Shown: one piece after another, positions 10,157-21,630 of the stretch | Position numbering within the stretch: position 1 is the stretch's first letter | How the letters are laid out: the number at the start of each line of letters is the position of its first letter | Assembly (NCBI GenBank): GCA_965215125.1 | Contig: OZ244052.1 | Span: 1,408,001 to 1,472,000 of the forward strand | DNA length: 64,000 bases | Source of the DNA: an uncultured candidatus Porisulfidus sp. | GTDB lineage: Bacteria > Pseudomonadota > Gammaproteobacteria > Poriferisulfidales > Oxydemutatoraceae | Direction of reading: 5' to 3' | Translations under genes and position numbers: made by a program | Notes under the pieces: generated by a model | Told to the model about the DNA's origin: nothing | Database searches by the model: none | Seen by the model: only the letters and a program-made list of their open reading frames with translations

Positions 10157-11344
10157 TTGAAAAATCTACATTCTATTATTGCCCATCAACATAATCACAA
10201 TCTTTACCGCAAAAGGCATGTCGGTTTGGGGTGTAAGGGGGCTTTACGCGTATGGAACGGGCAAGAGGTCTTATCTTTCTCGAGCAATGACTATTTGGGG
10301 CTTGCAAGTGATCCCTATGTTGTGAATGCTTGTATGGAGGGTGCGCGTCTATACGGAACCGGTGCCGGTGCCTCTTGTTTGGTTGACGGCTATACAAAGG
10401 CACATCAAATACTTGAAGAGTCTTTGGCAAAATTTGTCTCTAGAGAGCGGGCGTTGGTATTTTCCGGCGGTTATATGGCTAATTTGGGCATATTGACAAC
10501 ATTGGCGGATAGGCATACCGCAATTTACGAAGATAAATTAAATCATGCATCGCTTGTCGATGCTGCTTTACTGTCGCGCGCAAACTTATGCCGTTATGAA
10601 CACGGCAATGTCGAATCTCTGCGCCGAAGCCTAAAACAGGAGAAAAAAGACGCGATTGTCGTTAGCGATGCCGTGTTTAGCATGGGTGGGGATATTGCGC
10701 CATTGACCGAGTTATCCGATATGTGTGCCGAACACTCCGCAACTTTGGTTGTGGATGACGCGCACGGCTTCGGTGTGTTGGGTGCTTCGGGAAGCGGTAG
10801 CCTTGAACACTTCGGGTTGAACCAACAACAAGTGCCGGTGGTGATGGCAACTTTGGGCAAAGCCTTGGGGGCTTTCGGAGCCTTCGTTGCCGGTAGTGAT
10901 GATTTAATAGAGGCTTTGATACAAAAGGCACGTACCTATATCTACACAACCGCATTGCCACCCCCGGTTGTTTGTGCTGCACAAGCGAGCTTGGAAATTA
11001 TCCAAACCGACGATACCTGTCGCAACACATTGCATCGGAATATCAATTTATTTAGAAATATGGCGGCCGAATATGAAATTCCTTGCTTGGATTCAACTAC
11101 TGCGATTCAAGGCATCGTCGTCGGAGACGCTAAATCGGCAATGGATTTAAGCGATGCTCTACTCAAGGAGGGTTTGTTGGTTGTTGCGATACGCCCGCCC
11201 ACCGTGCCGGATGGGACAGCTCGTCTTAGAATTATGCTATCTGCGGCGCATCGACAAGCCGATATTGAGCACCTCGTTAAAAGCATAGCCGGACTATTTC
11301 ATAAACCGACATCGCATCATCGCGATAATGCCTCTTGTCTATAG
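10157..11344 (+). CDS. bioF: 8-amino-7-oxononanoate synthase
   Basis: SNDYLGL, NHAS, DDAHG, TLGKA, IRPPTVP. Confidence 0.93.
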   Translation: MKNLHSIIAHQHNHNLYRKRHVGLGCKGALRVWNGQEVLSFSSNDYLGLASDPYVVNACMEGARLYGTGAGASCLVDGYTKAHQILEESLAKFVSRERALVFSGGYMANLGILTTLADRHTAIYEDKLNHASLVDAALLSRANLCRYEHGNVESLRRSLKQEKKDAIVVSDAVFSMGGDIAPLTELSDMCAEHSATLVVDDAHGFGVLGASGSGSLEHFGLNQQQVPVVMATLGKALGAFGAFVAGSDDLIEALIQKARTYIYTTALPPPVVCAAQASLEIIQTDDTCRNTLHRNINLFRNMAAEYEIPCLDSTTAIQGIVVGDAKSAMDLSDALLKEGLLVVAIRPPTVPDGTARLRIMLSAAHRQADIEHLVKSIAGLFHKPTSHHRDNASCL

Positions 11345-11387
11345 CTTCGGATTCGGCTATGATACGCATTTAATTCTAAATCTTATG

Positions 11388-11591
11388 ATGAAAGCAGATA
11401 TACACCCCGAATATAAATATGTCGATGTGACTTGTAGTTGCGGCTGTAAGTATAAGGTTCGTTCGACTTATCCGGAAAAACAGATGACGGTTGAGGTTTG
11501 TGCAGCCTGCCATCCCTTTTATACAGGCAAGCAGAAAATTTTAGAAAGTGCCGGTCAAGTTGACAAATTCCGCAAGCGTTATAATCGTTAA
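11388..11591 (+). CDS. rpmE: 50S ribosomal protein L31 (Zn-binding type)
   Basis: MKADIHPEY, CSCG, CAACHPFYTGKQK. Confidence 0.96.
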   Translation: MKADIHPEYKYVDVTCSCGCKYKVRSTYPEKQMTVEVCAACHPFYTGKQKILESAGQVDKFRKRYNR

Positions 11592-12378
11592 TGTATCGCG
11601 TCGCTTAAGCTACGCTTTATTTTTCTCCCTCTTTATTTTAAGTTTTTCCGTCGCATCCGGTGCCGAAAAGGATTCGTGTACATTGCAAACACCGAATCAT
11701 CGGGTATCGGTGCGCTTTGTCAACGACGGCGACACCTTGACCTTAAACGATGATAAACGCATACGAATTATCGGCATTAACGCACCGGAGATCGGCTATA
11801 AAGATAAACCCGATCAACCTTTAGCCGTTCGCGCTAGAGAACGGCTGCGCGCATACCTACATAACGATCACGCATTCATCGTTTACGATGAAGATCGTTA
11901 TGATAAATACGGCCGGGTGTTGGCTCATGTCTTTGACGAGCAAGGCAATAATGTGGCCGCAGAGCTCATCCGAGCGGGCCTGGGTTTTGCAATCAGTATT
12001 CCTCCTAATTTACGCTATCGCGATTGCTATCGCAATGCCGAACAGCGTGCTCGGCGCACCGAGCAGGGTGTTTGGGCAGAACCTTATTTCACCCCGATCG
12101 CAGCCGACAAATTAAAATATAGCGGCTTTAACCGAGTATCGGGTTGTATACAAAGGGTCAGGAAATACCGCGATAAAAAATATCTTTATTTGTCAGACCG
12201 TTTTCGTTTTTTGATACCGCAACAAAATGAAATTTATTTTGAGACCGAGGCAACGCCGATAATTTTTGAAAAAGGTCTTTGTTTGATAGTAACAGGCTGG
12301 GTTTATAACCAACATTCGTATAGAACGATGAAGCTGTTGCATCCCGATTCGGCATACATTTATACGCCGAACATTTGA
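11548..12378 (+). CDS. Thermonuclease (SNase-like) family protein; true start probably near 11591
   Basis: DGDT, IRIIGINAPE, DKYGRVLAHV; signal-like hydrophobic N-terminus. Confidence 0.85.
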   Translation: MPVKLTNSASVIIVNVSRRLSYALFFSLFILSFSVASGAEKDSCTLQTPNHRVSVRFVNDGDTLTLNDDKRIRIIGINAPEIGYKDKPDQPLAVRARERLRAYLHNDHAFIVYDEDRYDKYGRVLAHVFDEQGNNVAAELIRAGLGFAISIPPNLRYRDCYRNAEQRARRTEQGVWAEPYFTPIAADKLKYSGFNRVSGCIQRVRKYRDKKYLYLSDRFRFLIPQQNEIYFETEATPIIFEKGLCLIVTGWVYNQHSYRTMKLLHPDSAYIYTPNI

Positions 12379-13289
12379 AGCCGATGAATAGCGATACACA
12401 ACTCTATCTGATTGATGCAAGTATTTATGTATTTCGGTCTTGGTTTGCACTGTCCGACACCGTTTGCAACACCGAAGGGCAACCCGCCAATGCAGTGTAC
12501 GGTTTTTGCGACTTTGTGCTAAAACTGCTGAATCAAGTAAAACCTACACATATAGTCTTTGCTTTTGACGAGAGCTTGGATACCTCGTATAGAAACGATA
12601 TTTATCCGCCTTATAAAGCGAACCGAGCCCCCGCTCCCGAAGAATTAAAAAGTCAGTTTGCACAGTGTAGAGAATTTCTAGCTGCTACCGGACTTAGCGA
12701 AATTGCATCAAACTACTATGAAGCCGATGATTTAATCGGCACTTTGGCTCATCGAGCGCATCAACGAGGACAGTCGGTAGTCATTGTCAGCAGAGATAAA
12801 GATTTAACACAGCTGTTGGAGGGTGATGATATATGGTGGGATTACAGTCAGGATCTTAAATTAGGTTGTCAAGGGGTATTTGATAAGTTCGGGGTGTTGC
12901 CGGAACAAATCCCCGACATGCTGGCGATTGCCGGGGATCCCGTAGACAATATACCGGGTGTACCGGGGATAGGACCTAAAACAGCGACAGAATTAATCCG
13001 CCATTTTAATTCTATTGATCGGTTATTGTCCGAGGTAGGGCGTATCTCCGATGTTGGCATTCGCGGGGGGCAGCGTATTGAAGGTTTGGTAAGAGAGTAT
13101 AGAGAGACTATAAAATTATCACACCGCTTGGCTACAATTTGTAGGGATGTTTCATTGCCCGAAGCCTTTAATACGCAGCCTAGCGAAGCCGACACCGATC
13201 GACTGGAGGCACTATTCACATTATTGGGTTTCGGTGTATATCGCAAGCGACAATGGACTGATTGTTTAGCAACATTGTTGGCTGTCTAA
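12375..13289 (+). CDS. 5'-3' exonuclease / flap endonuclease (ExoIX-like)
   Basis: LIDAS, YKANR, EADD, SRDKD, GDPVDNIPGVPGIGPKTA H3TH motif. Confidence 0.9.
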   Translation: MKPMNSDTQLYLIDASIYVFRSWFALSDTVCNTEGQPANAVYGFCDFVLKLLNQVKPTHIVFAFDESLDTSYRNDIYPPYKANRAPAPEELKSQFAQCREFLAATGLSEIASNYYEADDLIGTLAHRAHQRGQSVVIVSRDKDLTQLLEGDDIWWDYSQDLKLGCQGVFDKFGVLPEQIPDMLAIAGDPVDNIPGVPGIGPKTATELIRHFNSIDRLLSEVGRISDVGIRGGQRIEGLVREYRETIKLSHRLATICRDVSLPEAFNTQPSEADTDRLEALFTLLGFGVYRKRQWTDCLATLLAV

Positions 13290-13303
13290 GCGTAATAAAT
13301 AAA

Positions 13304-13377
13304 TGGGCCCGGCAGGATTCGAACCTGCGACCTAAGGATTATGAGTCCCCCGCTCTGACCGACTGAGCTACAGGCCC
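13304..13377 (-). tRNA. tRNA with CAT anticodon, most likely tRNA-Ile2 (lysidine)
   Basis: GGGCCTGTAGCTCAG...CTCATAA...GTTCGAATCCTGCCGGGCCCA; lies downstream of rpoD like E. coli ileX; CCA not encoded. Confidence 0.88.
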
Positions 13378-13444
13378 TTGGATATAGGCTAAATGATAAA
13401 ACTGTCTTTGCGTTATCGCAATAGCAAATTGTTTAATATGGTTC

Positions 13445-15232
13445 TCAATCGGAGTCCAGAAAACTACGAAGCAACGCCGCTTTAGAAGGTTGGCGCAATT
13501 TTTTCAGTGCTTTCGCTTCTATTTGGCGTATTCTTTCGCGTGTAACGTCAAACTGTTTCCCTACTTCCTCTAAGGTGTGGTCGGTGTTCATGTTGATACC
13601 GAACCGCATTCTCAAAACTTGCGCTTCTCTGGGGGTGAGCCCGGTCAACAAGCCTTCCATAGCGTTTTTTAAGGCATCACTGTATGCGTTTTCGTCCGGC
13701 AATTTTATATTTTCATCGTTGATAAATTGTTCAAGCTGAGAGTCATTATCATCACCCACAGGTGTTTCTAAAGAAATCGGTTCTTTGGTTACCTTAATTA
13801 CCTTGCGCACTTTATCCTCGGGCATACTCAATGCTTCTGCCAGTTCGTGAGGTTTGGGTTCTCGTCCGAGTTCTTGAATAAGTTTGCGGGTTGTACGATT
13901 AAATTTGTTAATCGTTTCTATCATATGTACCGGAATACGTATAGTACGTGCTTGATCGGCTATCGAACGCGTAATCGCTTGACGTATCCACCAAGTGGCG
14001 TATGTCGAGAATTTATAGCCGCGACGATATTCGAATTTATCAACAGCCTTCATTAAGCCGATATTACCCTCTTGTATGAGATCCAGAAAATGTAATCCGC
14101 GATTCGTATATTTTTTGGCGATAGAAATGACCAATCGTAGGTTAGCCTCTATCATTTCTTTTTTAGCACGCCGTGCTTTTGTTTCTGCGGAACCGACAGC
14201 GAGATTGATTTTCTTGATTTCGGCGATAGAAAGGCCGGTGTCTTCTTCGATTTGAATCATTTTGTTCTGCCCTCTCAATATTTCGTCTTTATAAGGGCGC
14301 AAAGATTTACCGTATTTTGATCGTAATAGATTCAGACCTAGGGTATAACCGATTTTATCTTCTTTAGTACGTTCTATGAAGTATTTTTTGGGTATCTTTG
14401 CCTTTTTGACGCAAATATCGAATAGCACGCGCTCTGTCGTATTGATACGCTTATTATAAGATTTTAATTCTTGGTTTAGAGCTTCGTTGACAAAGGGAGT
14501 AAGATTGAGTTCCAACAACAACCCTGACATTCTCTGACATAATCTAGAGTACGCTTGGGGGGAACTGCGTACCGATTTCAGTCTAGATCGTCTATAAAGT
14601 CTTTTTAAGAATGCCAGATGTTGTTCTAAATCTTCGGTGTCAATTTCCTCTTCTTGGAAGTCGGGATCCATCATTTCCATACTATCCATTTTTTTGGTCT
14701 CTTCTACCGAAATCTCGCATTCTTCCCAAAAACCGTTCGCTATTTGCTCTCTAATATCACCATTTTTATATTTTTCATAGATATCCAATAATACAGCGAT
14801 TGCCGGTGGGAAAGTTCCCAGTACCGAGCGTACCTTGTCCATGCCTTCTTCGATACGCTTGGCGATTTCCACTTCTCCTTCACGGTTCAGCAAATTGACT
14901 GCCCCCATTTCACGCATATACATACGAGTAGGATCGGTTGTTCCTCTTAATTCGTGATTGGTATGCGTCAATGCTCTGGTGACTTCTTCGGCAGGCATTT
15001 CAACTATTTCATCGTTGTTGAGCAATAATTCGTCTTCGGAGGGTAACTTTTCGACTATCCTGACACCGGCTTCGTTGAGTACCGATATGATATCTTCAAT
15101 TTGCTCCGCTTCAACGATATCGTTGGGTAGATGATCGCTGAGTTCGGCACAACTTAAGAAACCGCGTTCCTTGCCTTTAGTAATAATCTCTTTATTTAAC
15201 TTAAATTGTTTGGTTTTGGATGATTTTGTCAT
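13445..15232 (-). CDS. rpoD: RNA polymerase primary sigma factor
   Basis: [45 protein letters not shown]. Confidence 0.97.
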   Translation of the reverse strand: MTKSSKTKQFKLNKEIITKGKERGFLSCAELSDHLPNDIVEAEQIEDIISVLNEAGVRIVEKLPSEDELLLNNDEIVEMPAEEVTRALTHTNHELRGTTDPTRMYMREMGAVNLLNREGEVEIAKRIEEGMDKVRSVLGTFPPAIAVLLDIYEKYKNGDIREQIANGFWEECEISVEETKKMDSMEMMDPDFQEEEIDTEDLEQHLAFLKRLYRRSRLKSVRSSPQAYSRLCQRMSGLLLELNLTPFVNEALNQELKSYNKRINTTERVLFDICVKKAKIPKKYFIERTKEDKIGYTLGLNLLRSKYGKSLRPYKDEILRGQNKMIQIEEDTGLSIAEIKKINLAVGSAETKARRAKKEMIEANLRLVISIAKKYTNRGLHFLDLIQEGNIGLMKAVDKFEYRRGYKFSTYATWWIRQAITRSIADQARTIRIPVHMIETINKFNRTTRKLIQELGREPKPHELAEALSMPEDKVRKVIKVTKEPISLETPVGDDNDSQLEQFINDENIKLPDENAYSDALKNAMEGLLTGLTPREAQVLRMRFGINMNTDHTLEEVGKQFDVTRERIRQIEAKALKKLRQPSKAALLRSFLDSD

Positions 15233-15377
15233 AATTCCCTCGCATTAAATTGAGAGACGGATTATACCACGAAACTATAATCAAATGACGCACCGTTTAA
15301 GATTAGCATAAGTATCACACTGGTACATTCCCCTCCTGTGGAGGGGTGGCAGGCTTTGCCTGACGGGGTGGTTACCG

Positions 15378-15632
15378 GGGGCTGTTGAAAAAGTATTTCA
15401 TACAATGTAGGGGCGGACTTGCATCCGCCCGTAACGCGTTACATCTGCACGATTTATACATTCATTCACTCGATTTATGGAAACCAAAACCATACGGCGC
15501 AAGCGGTTGGTGTCGTGCAGAACGGTACTTAAGGGCAGACACACAGGTCTGCCCCTACGGCTTGGTGGTTATTATAAATTCACGGCGCAAAGCGATTGGG
15601 TTCTTGCAAAACAGGACTTTTTCAACAGCCCC
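15378..15632. mobile_element. MITE with IS1182/IS5-like terminal inverted repeats, nested in a palindromic repeat
   Basis: 17-bp perfect TIR GGGGCTGTTGAAAAAGT / ACTTTTTCAACAGCCCC; internal GTAGGGGC...GCCCCTAC REP-like hairpins; flanks reconstitute the repeat family. Confidence 0.7.
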
Positions 15633-15680
15633 GCCGTGTCTGCACAAGTACAGTCTCGGTATGCGTCACCCAATTATGTA

Positions 15681-16472
15681 TCAGTTCAGTAATAAATAAC
15701 CCCCCCAACAGACTAATAGAATACCGGCAATATTTCGAAGCAATGTGCTTTGTGGAAAAATTTTCTCACACAATACAAATATAGATAGTATAGCCATCCA
15801 TAAGATATTCATTGCGCCTACCGAAAACATAATTGCCATCAATGCCCAGCAACAACCGACGCAGAACAAACCATAATGCCACCCCATATAAATAGCCCCC
15901 CGGTGTCCTTCGCGCCATCGTTCTATGAAAAAGCCGAGTGGCGATCTGCACTGCCTAAGGCAGGCTTCTTTAAGTGGAGTCCATTGATAAATACCGGCGA
16001 GTACCAAAATACCACCACTCAATAGTGGATTGTTCGTTTTCATCGCACTATCCAGCACCCCTGCCATTGATAAACCCGATTGAGTTAACGCAAACAATAG
16101 GCTACATGTAATCCATGCGGTTAGATAAGCCATAACAAAGATATAAGTTTTCACATAAGGTTGTGCATGCGCCTTTTTGCGTTGATTAAATGCAGCGAAT
16201 ATCGTTGTCGCCGGCAATATGCCGGGTAGCATCATTGCAGTCATCATCACCGACCACATTAGGAATAAAATCAAAAAATCATATAGAGTCAATCTATACC
16301 CGAAGTCGCTTTGCGGCATGCTCATCATGGACATGTCCATTCGGCTATGTTGCTCTGCCATGTTTAGCAAATAAAGCCACGATACGAGCATCACAGCGAT
16401 GACTCCTATATAAACTATACTTTTATCTTTGTGGCTGAGCGATGTCAAAGTGTTATGTGTTTGAAGGTGCAT
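15681..16472 (-). CDS. DUF2182 predicted metal-binding membrane protein
   Basis: MW..MM.AMMLP, YQWTPLK.ACL..CRSP, CVGCCWALM, EK. Confidence 0.85.
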   Translation of the reverse strand: MHLQTHNTLTSLSHKDKSIVYIGVIAVMLVSWLYLLNMAEQHSRMDMSMMSMPQSDFGYRLTLYDFLILFLMWSVMMTAMMLPGILPATTIFAAFNQRKKAHAQPYVKTYIFVMAYLTAWITCSLLFALTQSGLSMAGVLDSAMKTNNPLLSGGILVLAGIYQWTPLKEACLRQCRSPLGFFIERWREGHRGAIYMGWHYGLFCVGCCWALMAIMFSVGAMNILWMAILSIFVLCEKIFPQSTLLRNIAGILLVCWGGYLLLN

Positions 16473-16574
16473 TGTCTTTTAATCCGTTTATGGTCATGGG
16501 ATGGCATCGGTACCTTAAATTATAGATTACAATAATCTCTCAGCAAATAATGATTATACAAAATTGACGGTTCA

Positions 16575-17897
16575 ATGAAACATTCCGAAGCATTATATCG
16601 GCGCGCATGTTTGTCTATCCCCGGAGGAGTCAATTCTCCGGTTCGGGCATTCAAAGCGGTTGGCGGCACGCCACCCTTTATCAAAAAAGCCGAGGGTGCG
16701 AACCTCTACGACGAGGACGGTAATCGTTATATAGATTATGTGGGTTCATGGGGGGCTATGATTATGGGGCATGCCCATCCCGAGGTGCTTGCGACAGTGA
16801 CACAGGCAGCATCAAACGGATTAGGGTTCGGTGCCTCAACCGAAATTGAAACTCGATTGGCGGAAAAAATCAAAATACATCTTCCCTCTATAGACTTGCT
16901 ACGCTTAGTTAATTCAGGCAGCGAAGCTGTTATGAGTGCTATACGCTTGGCGCGTGGTTATACCGGGCGTGATCGGGTCGTCAAGTTTGACGGTTGTTAT
17001 CACGGGCATAGCGATGCGATGTTAGTCGGTGCCGGTTCGGGCTCTTTGACTTTAGGTGTTCCGAACTCGTCCGGGGTGCCTGTAGGATTCGCATCGTTGA
17101 CTACGACGATACACTACAACGATGTGGAGCAGGTTCAATCGGTGTTTGAGCAAATAGGAGAACAAATTGCTGCTGTTATCGTTGAGCCTGTTGCCGGCAA
17201 TATGAATTTCGTACCGGGGAATGCCGAGTTTCTAAAAACCCTGCGTCGATGCTGTGATCAATACGGTGCATTACTTATTTTTGACGAGGTCATGAGTGGC
17301 TTTAGGGTTTCAATCGGAGGGGCGCAAGCCGTTTATCAAATTAAGCCCGATTTAACCGTGTTAGGAAAAATTATAGGTGGTGGAATGCCGGTAGGGGCTT
17401 TCGGAGGTGCCGGAGAGATTATGGAACATATTGCTCCACTCGGTTCGGTTTATCAGGCCGGCACCTTATCGGGTAATCCGGTGGCTGTTGCCGCCGGCTT
17501 AAAGACTCTAGAGTTGCTTTGTAGCGATGGTCTCTTTGAGCGTATAGAACAAACCACGCAAGCGTTGAGACGAGGTTTATCGGATTGTGCCGCCGAAGTA
17601 GGGTTGGACTGTTATAGCGACTCTATGGGGGCTATGTTCGGTTTTTTTTTAGGGGTGGCGCAGAAAGTAGAAAATTTAAGCCAAGTGCGTTATTGCGCAA
17701 CGGGTGATAACGGAGAATCGTTTAAGCGTTTTTTCCATGCTATGCTTGATGCCGGAGTTTATTTGCCGCCGTCACCATACGAGGCATGCTTTGTTTCGGT
17801 AGCACACGATGCGGAGGTTTTAGAACAGACTCTAAAAGCCGCCAAGCAAGCATTCCTCTCCGAAAAGGGGAAGACCACCCCGTCGGGCGAAGCCTGA
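16575..17897 (+). CDS. hemL: Glutamate-1-semialdehyde 2,1-aminomutase
   Basis: IPGGVNSPVRAF, FDEVMSGFR, GKIIGGGMPVGA, QAGTLSGNP. Confidence 0.96.
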   Translation: MKHSEALYRRACLSIPGGVNSPVRAFKAVGGTPPFIKKAEGANLYDEDGNRYIDYVGSWGAMIMGHAHPEVLATVTQAASNGLGFGASTEIETRLAEKIKIHLPSIDLLRLVNSGSEAVMSAIRLARGYTGRDRVVKFDGCYHGHSDAMLVGAGSGSLTLGVPNSSGVPVGFASLTTTIHYNDVEQVQSVFEQIGEQIAAVIVEPVAGNMNFVPGNAEFLKTLRRCCDQYGALLIFDEVMSGFRVSIGGAQAVYQIKPDLTVLGKIIGGGMPVGAFGGAGEIMEHIAPLGSVYQAGTLSGNPVAVAAGLKTLELLCSDGLFERIEQTTQALRRGLSDCAAEVGLDCYSDSMGAMFGFFLGVAQKVENLSQVRYCATGDNGESFKRFFHAMLDAGVYLPPSPYEACFVSVAHDAEVLEQTLKAAKQAFLSEKGKTTPSGEA

Positions 17898-17936
17898 CGA
17901 GGTGGTTACAACGCGCCAGACTTCGGCGATAGATGC

Positions 17937-18137
17937 CTAAGGTTTTGATCCAACTTCCTGATGTGCATCCGCCACTATCTCCATCGCGATTTTCATATAA
18001 TTTTCGCTATAACCATGAAGCTCGGATTGCTCATCGGGGGAAAAATACTCCTGCATTGAGACACCTGTATTCTGCTCTTTTTCAATGAACTTTTTTTGCA
18101 TTTCTATCAACTGCTTGATTTTTTCTTGCTTGGTCAT
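17937..18137 (-). CDS. Small hypothetical protein
   Basis: 66-aa helical ORF with AGGT RBS-like site; family not assigned. Confidence 0.6.
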   Translation of the reverse strand: MTKQEKIKQLIEMQKKFIEKEQNTGVSMQEYFSPDEQSELHGYSENYMKIAMEIVADAHQEVGSKP

Positions 18138-18328
18138 GTCTTTTACCTATATTCTGAATTAAAATATTGAGGTGTTAATAATAACAGAAATCAGCGATAT
18201 TTTCAGAGGAATGTGCCGCAACGACATAGGCTCACGATACTTGCATCTATTGTGGCTTGTGTATAATAATCAGAACAAAATTCCTAGTTTTGGGGAAATC
18301 ATATATTGAAAAATTAAAAGAGGGCTTT

Positions 18329-19279
18329 ATGAGTAATCTAAAACTTTTCAAATTGAACAACAACAAAGCTGAAGAATTAACAGCAGTCTCTTTTGCTTTG
18401 GAGAAACCTTTGCAGACTTTGATAGAGCATAACTTGGAAGAGATATTCGGTATTAAATTTTTAGCTAAGGAATATTCTACGGGTAAAGAACATAGAGGAC
18501 GTATCGACACACTCGGCATAGACGAGGATAATTGTCCCGTGATTATTGAATACAAACGCTCGGAATCCGAGAATGTGATCAATCAAGGGCTCTTTTATCT
18601 TGACTGGCTGATGGATCATAAGGCTGCATTTGAACTTTTGGTTCTGAAAAAGCTCGGTAAAGATCATATCGAAGAAATAGAATGGTCGGCTCCGAGGCTT
18701 TTGTGTATTGCCAATAATTTTAAGAAATATGACGAGCATGCGGTAAAACAAATAAACCGCAATATAGAACTGATTAGATACAGAAAATTCGATGAGGATA
18801 TGCTTTTATTTGAGTTGGTTAATTCACAAACCGCAACCGGGCGCATAGAAACAGATAATAGAAAAAAGAATACGACTCAAAGGATTTTCGAGGAAGCAGA
18901 TAACAAAAGAAGTAATAGGGGACAGAAGACTTTTAGTGAGTGTTTAGAGCAGGCGGATTCAGAGTTAACGGATTTGTATCATTCTATTGACGATTTGATC
19001 TTGGATCTTGGCGATGATGTGCAGGTAAAAGAACTGAAACATTATAAGGCATACAATAGAATTAAAACCTTCGTTCGCTTGAAAATAAAACCTCAAGCTA
19101 GGCACATTCTGCTTTATTTGAGACTAGACCCTGCAAAAGAAAATTTAGAAGATGAATTGTTAAAAGATGTCGGGAGTATCGGCCACTATGGTGCCTGCGG
19201 CTTAGAATTAAAAATATCAACTACCGATGATTTTGAACAGAGAAAAGCCTTAATCATCAAGAGCTATGAAATGGTCTAG
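18329..19279 (+). CDS. NucS/DUF91-like PD-(D/E)XK endonuclease with C-terminal DUF5655-like domain
   Basis: GRIDTLGID...IIEYKR, NQGLFYLDWL; C-terminal GHYG.G.LE; low GC. Confidence 0.8.
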   Translation: MSNLKLFKLNNNKAEELTAVSFALEKPLQTLIEHNLEEIFGIKFLAKEYSTGKEHRGRIDTLGIDEDNCPVIIEYKRSESENVINQGLFYLDWLMDHKAAFELLVLKKLGKDHIEEIEWSAPRLLCIANNFKKYDEHAVKQINRNIELIRYRKFDEDMLLFELVNSQTATGRIETDNRKKNTTQRIFEEADNKRSNRGQKTFSECLEQADSELTDLYHSIDDLILDLGDDVQVKELKHYKAYNRIKTFVRLKIKPQARHILLYLRLDPAKENLEDELLKDVGSIGHYGACGLELKISTTDDFEQRKALIIKSYEMV

Positions 19280-19443
19280 ACATACAGAAGTGTCCGCACG
19301 AACCTAACCGCTGTGCGCCACTAATTACCTAAACCACCGGTAGATAGTATGGATGACCAGCTTTGCTGAAAGTTGGTTAAACTTTCATTTTAGTTCCCCT
19401 CTTAAGAGGGGTTTAATTAACCACTAAACAAAGGAGGTCATCC

Positions 19444-20592
19444 ATGACTAGTATACTGTATGTTGGCATTGAAGTTGATGATAATCGTTTCACTGCCACA
19501 GCCATTTCTAAACACAATAATTATCATTCCATTAAAACTCGCCCGGACTTTGCATCATTGCATAAGGCAATCACCAAAATCGCTTTGCCGTATGAACAGA
19601 TTAGGGTCTGTTATGAAGCAAGCTATTTAGGCTTTTCGTTAAAGCGACAATTTGATGCGGTGGGCATTCACTGCGATGTGATTGCGCCGTCGCTGATCCC
19701 GGTGCGCCCCTCGGATCGCATCAAGACTGATCGGCTAGATAGCGTTAAGCTGGCTGAATACTACCGACAAGGTATGTTGAAAATCGTCCACGATATTGAT
19801 ACTGAGAGCGAAGGTCACCGACAACTCATTCGTGGACGCCAACAAGTGGTCAACACCTGCAAGATCTATAAACTGCAGATTTTGTCGTCGTGCCGTTATC
19901 GCGGGATTAGTTATCGCACCAGTATGCGGGCTAAGAGCTATTGGACGAAGCAACACATGGCATTCTTAAAGCGGTTGCTAGTCGACGACAGTTTAGATAA
20001 GTATTTCCGCCTCGATTTAGAGAACAAGCTGTATCTATTGGAGACGCAACAAGGGGTTATCAGACGCTATGAGAACGATATACATCAGTTAGCGATATCC
20101 GAGCCGTATCGTCGGGCGGTCGGCTATTTATGTTGTATCAGAGGCATTGCCGAGTTGATTGCCATGACGCTGATTGTTGAGATTGGCGACATCGGTCGGT
20201 TTGTCAAGGCGCGTCATCTGGCCGGTTATGCCGGTTTCAGTATCAGTGAGTATAGTTCCGGTGGCAAGAGTCGCAAAGGGGGTATTACCGGGATGGGCAA
20301 CAAATACATCCGCACGGTGTGCGTGGAAGCCTGCCAGTTGGCGGGTAGACGCTATAGCGTGAATAAGGCATTGCGTGCCCGACGCACCGACCAAGACCTA
20401 GTGGCTATAGAGATAGGCGACCGTTGCATGAAGCGTTTGTATAAGAAGTATCAGACGATGTATCATGCCAACAAACCATTCAACAAGATTAAGGTGGCGT
20501 GTGCCAGAGAACTACTCGGTTTTGTGTGGGAAGCCTTGCGTGCTGCCCAGGCCGCTGAAAACGCATTGCACGCCGCACCGGTGGTTGAGTAA
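19444..20592 (+). mobile_element. IS110-family transposase
   Basis: YVGIEV, CYEAS, KTDRLD, SSGG...GITGMGNKYIR, VACARELLGFVW. Confidence 0.9.
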
Positions 20593-20749
20593 GCTCGTTA
20601 AGCAAGAGGCTGCCAGATAGAGTTCTGAGGGACCGAGGGAGTTGAAGCTAAAGTCAATGACAAGTTCCGAACTTAGATGATGCCTTATTAAAAGTCAAGT
20701 TATTTTATTCGTTTTTTATCTCCGTTTTATATTTTTTCTGAGTATCAAT

Positions 20750-21630
20750 TTAGGACGCAGATACGCAACAATAATTCAGGTCAAACGGTTTCTTGTGCTT
20801 GAGTATTCCGTAAATGATACGCGTCAGTTTATGGGCGCAAGCAACAATAACCTGCTTTTTGGTTAAATCCGGACGCGCCGGCTTAACTGGTCGGCAAACG
20901 CACGGATGATTGGGTTATGAACCCGTGCCGAGAGTGCCGCCATAAATAGGGCGGTGCGCAGGTGTGCATCGCCAATTTTAGAGATGTGCGCCTTCGCCTC
21001 GTAGTTGCCGGACTGCTTGAGCATCGGGGTGATGCCGATATAGGCGGCAAGTTGCTTTGGGTGCTGAAACGTATTATCATCAAAAGCTGCACATAGGGTG
21101 GCTGCGGTTTGAGTTCCGATTCCAGTAATGGAGCAGAGCAACTGGTGATGCTGTGTGAGTTGTTCGTCTTCAGCGATGATTTCGTAAAGTAAGGCGTCAC
21201 ACTCATGGATTTGCTGCTGGAGGTGTTCCAGTTCCGCAGCTGCCTTCTTTTTGAGTTGCATACTGCGCAGCGTTTTTGCACAGTTGCTTAACTGCGTATG
21301 GGACTTGGTTAATTGGCGACGCCATTTCAGTGTATCTCTCAAGGCGAATACCGCTTCGGTCGGCTTTTCCCAGTCTTGAATATCACCGACTGCAAATGCG
21401 AAGCGTGCGATGAGTTGCGCATCAACGCCATCGGTTTTATTGCGCATACCCAGCGTTTTGCGGTAGCTTGCGACCTGTACAGGTGGCGCAATCGTGATGG
21501 GATGTTGGTCATAGCTTTCCATGCATAGGTCTAGCTCAAAACCGCCGGTTGCCTCAACGCAGAGGCGACACTGTTGCGCACCATGCTCGGTAGCCCAAGA
21601 TAACAGCTGTTTAATGCCTTGTCCGTCCTG
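20750..21630 (-). pseudogene. Degraded IS110-family transposase (N-terminus missing, frameshift near 20875)
   Basis: CVEATG, KTDGVDA, QSG...ISKIG; tail KKQVIVACAHKLTRIIYGILK continues in another frame to about 20750. Confidence 0.8.

Noticed and set aside
15385-15784. Short ORFs upstream of rpoD and at 3036-3295, 40096-40317, 56117-56428
   Set aside because: They are translations of the repeat/MITE sequence
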